A DNA stretch of 32,000 nucleotides from Limnohabitans sp. 15K (GTDB taxonomy: Bacteria; Pseudomonadota; Gammaproteobacteria; Burkholderiales; Burkholderiaceae_C), in the NCBI RefSeq assembly GCF_002778285.1, contig NZ_NESM01000001.1:1121934-1153933 (forward strand). The letters run 5' to 3'. A program made the position numbers and the translations under genes. Below are positions 16,384-23,149 of this stretch, in pieces; the first letter of the stretch is position 1, and every line of letters begins with the position of its first letter. Under the pieces are notes generated by a model, which did no database searches, was not told the origin of the DNA, and worked only from the letters and a program-made list of their open reading frames with translations.

Positions 16384-16392
16384 TAGCTGAAC
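16372..16392 (-). repeat. Right terminal inverted repeat (IR-R), candidate attR
   Basis: The minus strand reads GTTCAGCTAGTGAGTAATTTT. Its first G (16392) is the last base of the glmS TAG stop codon. Confidence 0.75.
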
Positions 16393-18254
16393 TATTCCAC
16401 GGTGACTGACTTGGCCAAATTCCTAGGCTTATCCACATCCGTGCCCCTTGCACACGCCGTGTGATAACTCAGCAATTGCAAGGGCACGACATGCAAGATG
16501 GGCGAGAGCACGCCGTAGTGTTCAGGCATGCGAATCACGTTGACGCCTTCACTGCTTTCAATTTTTGTGTCGCCATCGGCCAGCACATAGAGCACACCGC
16601 CTCGGGCGCGGACTTCCTGCATATTGCTCTTGAGCTTTTCGAGCAGCTGGTCGTTGGGTGCCACGGTGACAACAGGCATGGCGCTGGTCACAAGCGCCAG
16701 TGGGCCGTGTTTCAGCTCACCTGCGGCGTAGGCCTCGGCATGGATGTAAGTGATCTCTTTGAGCTTGAGTGCGCCTTCGAGGGCGATGGGGTAGTGCGTG
16801 CCCCTGCCCAAGAACAAGGCATTTTCTTTGCTGGCGAATTCTTCGGCCCAGCTGATGATTTGCGGCTCCAGCGCCAGCACGGCTTGCAGCGCGGCGGGCA
16901 GGTGGCGCATGGCTTTGATGTGCGCGGCTTCCTCTTCGTCGCTGAGGCGCCCTTTGGTCTGCGCCAGCGCCAGCGTCAACAAAAACAGCCCGGCCAGTTG
17001 GGTGGTGAAGGCCTTGGTGGAGGCCACGCCGATCTCGGCCCCGGCGCGGGTCACGTAGGCGTGTTTGCATTCGCGCACCATGGCGCTGGTGGACACGTTG
17101 CAGATGGTGAGCGTGTGCGTCATGCCGAGGCTCTGCGCGTGGCGCAGTGCGGCCAGGGTGTCGGCGGTCTCGCCGCTTTGGGTGATGGTGACGATCAGTG
17201 TGTTGGGGTTGGGCACCGATTCGCGGTAGCGGTATTCGCTGGCGATCTCGACCTGGCAGGGCACTTTGGCGATCGCCTCGATCCAGTACTTGGCCACGCA
17301 GCCGCTGTAGTAGCTGGTGCCACAGGCCAGGATCAGCACGTTGTCAATCGCTTTGAAGGTGGAATATGCGCCGTCACCAAACAGCTCGGGCGTGATGCCC
17401 TCCACGCCTTCGAGCGTGTCGGCAATCGCACGCGGCTGCTCGAAAATTTCCTTTTGCATGTAGTGGCGATAAGGGCCCAGTTCGGCCGCGCCGCTGTGGG
17501 CGTGCACGGTTTTCACGGCGCGGGTCACGGCCTTGTGGTCGCGGTCCACCACCCAGTATTTGCCCAGTTGAATGTCGACCACATCGCCCTCTTCCAGATA
17601 GACGATCTGGTCGGTCACGCCCGCCAGCGCCATCGCGTCGCTGGCCAAGAAGGTTTCGCCTTGGCCCACGCCCAAGATAAGCGGCGAGCCCGCACGCGCA
17701 CCGATCACGCGCTGCGGTTCATCTTTGTGGAACACGGCAATGGCATACGCGCCATGCAGCTGGCGGATGGCGGTTTTGACGGCTTCAAAAATATCGCCGT
17801 CGTACACGCTGTCCACCAAGTGGGCGATGACTTCGGTGTCGGTTTGGCTCAAAAACACATAGCCCTTGGCTTGCAAGGTGGCGCGCAGTTCTTCGTGGTT
17901 TTCGATGATGCCGTTGTGCACCAAGGCCACCTTGCCCGGCTTGGCGTCTGACGCGCCTGTGCCGTGGCTGAAGTGCGGGTGTGCGTTGTGCACCGAAGGC
18001 GCGCCGTGCGTGGCCCAGCGGGTGTGGGCAATGCCCGTGCCGCCTTCGATGTGGTCGGCGCTCACCTGGTCCATCAGCTCGGCCACGCGCGAGGTGCTGC
18101 GGGCGCGTTGCAAGCCCCCCGTGCCGCCGCTCAGGCTGGCCGCGTGCACGGCCACACCGCAGGAGTCATAGCCCCGGTACTCAAGCCGTTGGAGGCCCTG
18201 AACGAGGATGGGAACGATGTTGCGGGAAGAAACTGCGCCGACGATGCCACACAT
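16392..18254 (-). CDS. glmS: Glutamine--fructose-6-phosphate aminotransferase (isomerising)
   Basis: MCGIVGAV N-terminal Cys nucleophile, two SIS domains, canonical C-terminus [13 protein letters not shown], 620 aa. Confidence 0.97.
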   Translation of the reverse strand: MCGIVGAVSSRNIVPILVQGLQRLEYRGYDSCGVAVHAASLSGGTGGLQRARSTSRVAELMDQVSADHIEGGTGIAHTRWATHGAPSVHNAHPHFSHGTGASDAKPGKVALVHNGIIENHEELRATLQAKGYVFLSQTDTEVIAHLVDSVYDGDIFEAVKTAIRQLHGAYAIAVFHKDEPQRVIGARAGSPLILGVGQGETFLASDAMALAGVTDQIVYLEEGDVVDIQLGKYWVVDRDHKAVTRAVKTVHAHSGAAELGPYRHYMQKEIFEQPRAIADTLEGVEGITPELFGDGAYSTFKAIDNVLILACGTSYYSGCVAKYWIEAIAKVPCQVEIASEYRYRESVPNPNTLIVTITQSGETADTLAALRHAQSLGMTHTLTICNVSTSAMVRECKHAYVTRAGAEIGVASTKAFTTQLAGLFLLTLALAQTKGRLSDEEEAAHIKAMRHLPAALQAVLALEPQIISWAEEFASKENALFLGRGTHYPIALEGALKLKEITYIHAEAYAAGELKHGPLALVTSAMPVVTVAPNDQLLEKLKSNMQEVRARGGVLYVLADGDTKIESSEGVNVIRMPEHYGVLSPILHVVPLQLLSYHTACARGTDVDKPRNLAKSVTVE

Positions 18255-18348
18255 GGAGGGACTCCAAAAGAGAGGGGATGGGTTCGATGGTAGGCACGCT
18301 CAATAAAAATATCAGATCAATTTTCAGTTTATTTTGGTTTTTTATTTC

Positions 18349-18383
18349 ATCAATCATTGATCATGGAATTTAATTTCATTAAA
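18349..18383. promoter_or_regulatory. AT-rich dyads in the glmS / Lrp-regulator divergent region (candidate operator sites)
   Basis: ATCAAT-C-ATTGAT at 18349-18361 and TTTAAT-TTC-ATTAAA at 18369-18383, read directly. Any link to the adjacent Lrp/AsnC protein is inference. Confidence 0.25.
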
Positions 18384-18392
18384 ATGGCATTT

Positions 18393-18920
18393 ATGGAATC
18401 CAATGAACTTGATGCCATCGACCTGCAGCTGCTCGACAGCCTGCAGCGCGACGCCAGCTTGAGCAATGTGGCGTTGGCCGAGAAGGTCAATGTCTCGCCC
18501 CCTACTTGCCTGCGCCGCGTCAAGCGCTTGGTGGAGGGCGGCTGGGTCGAGCGGCAGGTGGCCGTGCTCAGCACCGACCGGCTCGCCGCCACGCTGGGCC
18601 ATGGCCTCACAGCGCTGGTCGAGGTGTCGCTGGACAAACAGGGCAGCGAACACCTGGACGCCTTTGAAGCCCGCGCCGTGGCGCTCGATGCGGTGCAGCA
18701 GTGCTGGCGCGTGTCGCCCGGGCCCGACTTCATGCTGGTGGTGCAGGCCCGCGATATGCCGCACTACCTGGCCATCAGCCAGGTGCTGTTCACGCAAGAC
18801 GCCAATGTGCGCAATGTGAAAGCCTTCTTTTCGACCAAGCGGGCCAAGTTCACAACGACGTGGCCAGTGCTGCCGCAAGCGTTCGGAATGAACAACCCAG
18901 GCATGAAAGAATCACCGTGA
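18393..18920 (+). CDS. Lrp/AsnC family transcriptional regulator
   Basis: LDAIDLQLLDSLQRDASLSNVALAEKVNVSPPTCLRRVKRLVEGGWV is the typical HTH_AsnC N-terminus, followed by an RAM-like domain. Start chosen at MESNELD; the ORF track's upstream extension covers the AT-rich promoter region. Confidence 0.85.
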   Translation: MESNELDAIDLQLLDSLQRDASLSNVALAEKVNVSPPTCLRRVKRLVEGGWVERQVAVLSTDRLAATLGHGLTALVEVSLDKQGSEHLDAFEARAVALDAVQQCWRVSPGPDFMLVVQARDMPHYLAISQVLFTQDANVRNVKAFFSTKRAKFTTTWPVLPQAFGMNNPGMKESP

Positions 18921-18968
18921 CAGCCGAGTGTGTGCATTTTCGGCAAAACCAACACCAGGAGAACTGAC

Positions 18969-19781
18969 ATGGAAGTGATCGTCATCACAGGCGCATCCGA
19001 AGGCATTGGGGCCGAAATGGCCACACAGCTCGCCCACAACCAGGGCTCTGCCGTGGCGCTGGTGCTGGCGGCCCGCCAAGCCAGCAAGCTGGAATCGGTG
19101 GCCGAAGCTTGCCGACAGCACGGCGCGCAGGTGCTGTGCGTGCCCACCGACGTGGGCGTGCAAGCCGATTGCCAGGCTTTGATCGACCGCGCTGTGCAAC
19201 AGTTCGGCCGCATCGACACCCTGATCAACAACGCGGGCGTGTCGGCCCATGCCCTGCTGCAGGACGTGAAGGCCGAACACCTGGGCTGGTACGAAGACCT
19301 GATGCGCGTGAACCTGTGGGGCACCGTTTGGTGCACACACGCGGCGCTGCCTCACCTCAAGGCCTCACGCGGACGGCTGGTGGGCGTCTCGTCGCTCGCA
19401 GGCCTGGCTGGGGTGCCGGGCCGCACGGCCTACTGCGCCACCAAATTTGCGATGAACGGTTTTCTGGAAGCGCTGCGCACCGAGCTGTTGGCCGATGGGG
19501 TGTCGGTCACCCTCGCCTACCCGGGCGTGGTGGCCACCGACATCCGCCGCCGGGGCTACAACGCCCAAGGCCAGCCTGCAGGCACCAGCGGCCTGAGCGA
19601 AGACAAAGCCATGCCCGTGGACGTGTGCGCCCGCAAAATCTTGCAGGGCGTCGAACGCCGCCAGCGGGATGTGATCATGAGCCCACTGGGACATGTGGGC
19701 CGCTGGCTCAAGCTGATCGCGCCGTCGCTGGTCGATCGCTTGGCCTCGGCTGCCCTGAAAAAATCCGACACAAGCCGCTGA
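18969..19781 (+). CDS. Short-chain dehydrogenase/reductase (SDR)
   Basis: Start MEVIVITGASEGIG (TGxxxGxG) preceded by GGAG; NNAG motif; catalytic YCATK (YxxxK). Confidence 0.9.
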   Translation: MEVIVITGASEGIGAEMATQLAHNQGSAVALVLAARQASKLESVAEACRQHGAQVLCVPTDVGVQADCQALIDRAVQQFGRIDTLINNAGVSAHALLQDVKAEHLGWYEDLMRVNLWGTVWCTHAALPHLKASRGRLVGVSSLAGLAGVPGRTAYCATKFAMNGFLEALRTELLADGVSVTLAYPGVVATDIRRRGYNAQGQPAGTSGLSEDKAMPVDVCARKILQGVERRQRDVIMSPLGHVGRWLKLIAPSLVDRLASAALKKSDTSR

Positions 19782-19815
19782 GCTGAACTCTGAGCAGAAC
19801 GCTGAGCGGGCCAGT

Positions 19816-21225
19816 TCAGGTTTTGGGTTTTTTCTGGGGGCGTGCCCAGTTGGCGATGCTGACCTGCTTGCCGCGGGCCACGCTGAGCGAGCCCGGTTCG
19901 GTGCTCTTGGTCAATGTCGAGCCGCCGCCCACCGTGCCACCCGCACCAATGGTGATCGGAGCCACCAACACGCAGTTGCTGCCAATGTGCACATCCGCCT
20001 CGATCACGGTGCGGTGCTTGTTGGCCCCGTCGTAATTGGCGGTGATGCTGCCCGCGCCGTAGTTGACCCGCTCGCCCACGGTGGCGTCCCCCAAATAAGC
20101 CAGATGATTGGCCTTGGCGCCTTTGGCCATCGTTGAGTTCTTCACTTCGACAAAGTTGCCAATGTGCACCTCGGCCCCTAGCTGCGCACCGGGGCGCAGA
20201 CGGGCAAAGGGACCGATCAAGGCGCCCTCGCCCACCGACACGCCGAGTTTTTCGCCGTCGATGTGGGTGAAGGGATGGATCACCGCCCCCGCCGCGATGG
20301 TGCAGTTAGCGATCACGCAGTTGGCGCCGATCTTCACGCCTTCGCCCAATGAGACTTGACCTTCAAAAACGCAGTTCACATCGATCTCAACGTCTTGTGC
20401 GCAGTCGAGTTGGCCACGCAGGTCAAAGCGGGCGGGGTCTTTCAGGCGCACGCCTTGTTCCATGAGTCGGTTGGCTTGGCGCAGCTGGTGGGCACGTTCC
20501 AACTCGACCAATTGCACCGGACTGTTCACACCCGCCACTTGCAGCGCATCTATGATTTTGTGCGCCACCACAGGCAAACCGTCGGCCACGGCCAGCTTGA
20601 CCACATCGGTCAGGTAGTACTCCCCCTGGGCGTTTTGGTTGTCAATGCGGCTCAGCCAGCCTTTGAGCTGTTTGGCGGGCACGGCCATGATGCCGCTGTA
20701 CACCTCTTGGATCTGGCGCTGCGCGTCGGTCGCGTCTTTGTGCTCGACGATGGCCTTGACGGCATCTCCCTCGCGCACGATGCGGCCGTAGCCCGTGGGG
20801 TCGGCCATGTCGAGGGTCAGCAGTGCCAACTTGTCACCACCGCACTGCACGATCAGGGCTTGCAAAGTGCCCGCCTGGGTCAGGGGCACATCGCCCGACA
20901 AAATCACCACGACCCCATCGTCGGCCAGCGCGGGCACGGCCTGCTGCACAGCGTGACCGGTGCCCAGCTGCGGCTCTTGGCGCACACATTGCACCGCCAG
21001 CGCTTGCCCGGGGGCCAGCAACAGGGGCTCCACCTGGTCGGCACCGTGCCCGGTGATGACCACGGCCGAGCGGGCGTTCAGTTGTGCAGCGGTGTTCAGC
21101 ACATGTTGCACCAGCGGCACCCCCGCCAGACGCTGCAACACTTTGGGCAAACGGCTTTTCATGCGGGTGCCTTTGCCAGCGGCCATCACCACAACATCGA
21201 CGGGAAACAGGGCGTTCAAACTCAT
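19816..21225 (-). CDS. glmU: Bifunctional UDP-N-acetylglucosamine pyrophosphorylase / glucosamine-1-phosphate N-acetyltransferase
   Basis: VVVMAAGKGTRMKSRLPKVL N-terminus and C-terminal left-handed beta-helix hexapeptide repeats. Start set at MSLNALFP (21225) rather than the ORF-track extension. Confidence 0.95.
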   Translation of the reverse strand: MSLNALFPVDVVVMAAGKGTRMKSRLPKVLQRLAGVPLVQHVLNTAAQLNARSAVVITGHGADQVEPLLLAPGQALAVQCVRQEPQLGTGHAVQQAVPALADDGVVVILSGDVPLTQAGTLQALIVQCGGDKLALLTLDMADPTGYGRIVREGDAVKAIVEHKDATDAQRQIQEVYSGIMAVPAKQLKGWLSRIDNQNAQGEYYLTDVVKLAVADGLPVVAHKIIDALQVAGVNSPVQLVELERAHQLRQANRLMEQGVRLKDPARFDLRGQLDCAQDVEIDVNCVFEGQVSLGEGVKIGANCVIANCTIAAGAVIHPFTHIDGEKLGVSVGEGALIGPFARLRPGAQLGAEVHIGNFVEVKNSTMAKGAKANHLAYLGDATVGERVNYGAGSITANYDGANKHRTVIEADVHIGSNCVLVAPITIGAGGTVGGGSTLTKSTEPGSLSVARGKQVSIANWARPQKKPKT

Positions 21226-21429
21226 GGGTCTCTTTCTCAGGCCGCCCCATGTTCGGGGTGAGCACACAAGGCTGAATTATCACCAGACTCTGCACTGAAG
21301 CCCGTCACCGATGGGCGGGATGATCGGACGGTTTTGGCAAACGGTACACAATGGCACACCATCGGGCTTGCCCGACCCGCACCTCAACCCATGACCGGGC
21401 ATTGGCAACCCCACTCTGAGAACCCTTGC

Positions 21430-21966
21430 ATGCGATCAACCCTCTGGACCGGCATATTGCTCAACATGACCGCATTGTTGGCCAGCTGTGGCGGCGGCGG
21501 TGGCGGTGGCAACACATCCCTAACGACAACCGCGACTCAACCCAGCCCTACCAGCTGCGACTCCACCACCTTGTGGGCCGCACACCCTGCTACATCCGGC
21601 AGGGCTATACCGGACAACGACAGCACGGGTATATCGGTGAGCTGGGACAACCAGAACTGCACTTTGCGCACCGTCACGTCAACTACGCTGGAAGTCTGCT
21701 TGAGCCACCCCAAAACTTCGGATTTGAGCTGGACCATCAGCCCACCGGCTTACAGCGCTCCTCTGACACTCACGCCTCCAGCCGACTGGAACACCAGTGG
21801 TTCATCCTGCGATTCAGGCCAAGGCAAGCTTCAGCGCATTGATCTTTTGACCTTGTTGACACCGACTGCCACCCGTGGCAATTGGACGCTCAATGTCAAG
21901 GATCGGAGATTGGGCGACACGGGCACCTTGATTCAATGGCGCATCCTCATCGTGGGCAACACATGA
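21430..21966 (+). CDS. Lipoprotein consisting essentially of a proprotein-convertase P-domain, 178 aa
   Basis: Lipobox LLASC followed by a Gly run. IPDNDSTGISVS...LEVCLSHPKTSDLSWTISPP...GNWTLNVKDRRLGDTGTLIQWRILI fits the P-domain pattern. Start at the internal ATG 21430. Confidence 0.75.
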   Translation: MRSTLWTGILLNMTALLASCGGGGGGGNTSLTTTATQPSPTSCDSTTLWAAHPATSGRAIPDNDSTGISVSWDNQNCTLRTVTSTTLEVCLSHPKTSDLSWTISPPAYSAPLTLTPPADWNTSGSSCDSGQGKLQRIDLLTLLTPTATRGNWTLNVKDRRLGDTGTLIQWRILIVGNT

Positions 21967-22820
21967 CGCGGGCATGGCTCACGGTCCTCGCGCTGCTTCT
22001 TCTGCAAGGCTGCAGCGCCATCAAGCTGGGTTACCAGCAACTGCCCACCTTGTCTTATTGGTGGTTGGACAGCACCGTGTCGTTCAGCAGCGCTCAAACA
22101 CCGAGCGCCAAACAGGCCCTAGAAAACCTGTACCAATGGCACCGAAGCGAGGAGTTGCCGGCTTATGCCGAACTGCTTCAGCGCGCTCAAGTTTTGTCTG
22201 CAGGCCCCATACAAACCGAACAAGTCTGCCGTGTCTGGGCAGATGTTCAAACCCGATTGGACACCGTGATGCGCGAGGCGGTGGTGCAGGCCGCACCCGT
22301 GGCCATGGCGCTGGGGCCAAGGCAACTGAGCCACATGGCACGGCGCTGGGAAAGTCAAAACGAAGATTGGGAAAAAGAATGGTTGTTGGGCAGCGCCAGC
22401 GAGCGCCTTGAGCGGCGACTGGACAAAACCTTGGAGCGTTACCGATCCTTTTATGGCGAGTTGACGCCTGCCCAAGTTACCTTGGTCAAGACGCAATTGG
22501 CCCAGTCGCCTTGGACCGCTGAGTGGGGCAGGCAAGACCGCCAGCGCAGACAACAAGATTTGCTGTCCACCTTGCAAGGCATCAGCCAAAAAAAACTGTC
22601 GCCAACCGAAGCAGAAGCGCAACTTTGGGGGGTCTGGCAACGCTGGATGAAACCGCCAGAAGCAGGGCAACGCGCTGTGATGCAAAGCTTGTCGCAACGG
22701 GCCTGCGAGAACTTGGCCCAGTTGCACAACACCGCCACACCTGAGCAGCGGCAGCAGGCCACGCGCCGACTGCGGGCGTATGAGAAAGACGTCAAAGACT
22801 TGGTGAAAGCCAAGCCCTGA
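21963..22820 (+). CDS. Lipoprotein of unknown function, 285 aa (possibly DUF6279-type)
   Basis: Its ATG overlaps the upstream stop (ATGA). Lipobox LLLQGC, then IKLGYQQLPTLSYWWLD. The family number is from memory only. Confidence 0.7.
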   Translation: MTRAWLTVLALLLLQGCSAIKLGYQQLPTLSYWWLDSTVSFSSAQTPSAKQALENLYQWHRSEELPAYAELLQRAQVLSAGPIQTEQVCRVWADVQTRLDTVMREAVVQAAPVAMALGPRQLSHMARRWESQNEDWEKEWLLGSASERLERRLDKTLERYRSFYGELTPAQVTLVKTQLAQSPWTAEWGRQDRQRRQQDLLSTLQGISQKKLSPTEAEAQLWGVWQRWMKPPEAGQRAVMQSLSQRACENLAQLHNTATPEQRQQATRRLRAYEKDVKDLVKAKP

Positions 22821-22929
22821 TCAGGCGCCATGCCAAGCACGCAACCATGCGCTGCACAAGCAGCCATGTCATCAGTTTTGCAAATAAATCGGTATTGTTG
22901 ATTTTTGCAATTCAGATCTGCGTTTCTTG

Positions 22930-22957
22930 TTGCATCGCAGCAAAATTCACGTAGAAT
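22930..22957 (+). promoter_or_regulatory. Candidate sigma-70 promoter (TTGCAT-N16-TAGAAT)
   Basis: -35 TTGCAT at 22930-22935 and -10 TAGAAT at 22952-22957, read directly in an otherwise non-coding gap. Confidence 0.3.
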
Positions 22958-22963
22958 TCCGAA

Positions 22964-23054
22964 CAGGCGTGCTTTTTTGCATGCACCGTTTGTCTCCTCC
23001 ACCCTCTGAAAAGGTGGATTTGCCCCCAGCCGCAAGGCTGGGGGCATTTTTTTT
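22964..23054 (+). ncRNA. Candidate small RNA of about 90 nt (or a 3'UTR-derived RNA) with a CU-rich anti-SD-like stretch
   Basis: Predicted start about 7 nt after the -10. Hairpin GCGUGC-U6-GCAUGC, then single-stranded GUCUCCUCC, then hairpin CCACC-N9-GGUGG, then a strong terminator. No ORF. Confidence 0.3.
23022..23054 (+). terminator. Rho-independent terminator
   Basis: GCCCCCAGCC GCAA GGCTGGGGGC (10-bp GC-rich stem, tetraloop), then A and eight T residues. Confidence 0.85.
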
Positions 23055-23149
23055 GGCCTGAATTTTCTTGAAGGCTTTCAAGCAATGGTGTTTTAATCCT
23101 TTGTAGTTACTTTATCTGCGCACGCCCAAAGTCAGCCAAGGAGAAATTT

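Larger units (their letters stand above)
3858..16392. mobile_element. About 12.5 kb integrative element bounded by 21-bp terminal inverted repeats, inserted immediately 3' of glmS; large serine recombinase at the left end
   Basis: IR-L 3858-3878 GTTCAGGTAGTGAGTAATTTT matches the reverse complement of 16372-16392 (GTTCAGCTAGTGAGTAATTTT) at 20/21. The interior is visibly AT-richer than the flanks. The recombinase gene ends 15 nt inside IR-L. Confidence 0.7.

Noticed and set aside
3858-16392. Tn7-like transposon, given the insertion just downstream of glmS.
   Set aside because: I found no TnsA/TnsB-type transposase and no TnsD/TniQ-like target selector. The 224-aa AAA+ protein is RFC-like and too small for TnsC. 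The ends carry one 21-bp inverted repeat, not arrays of TnsB sites. A serine recombinase is the only plausible mobility enzyme at the end.
18271-18298. A GGGTTCGATGG word resembling a tRNA T-arm upstream of glmS.
   Set aside because: No acceptor, D or anticodon arms can be drawn around it. It lies in the glmS 5' leader.
19780-19822. AGCTGAACT ... AGTTCAGGT inverted repeat between the SDR gene and glmU, echoing the GTTCAG/CTGAAC words of the att sites.
   Set aside because: Only 8-9 nt match the att flanks, which is near chance expectation for a specific 9-mer in 64 kb of two strands. The arms face the opposite way to the reconstructed attB. The following T-run is just the glmU KKPK codons.
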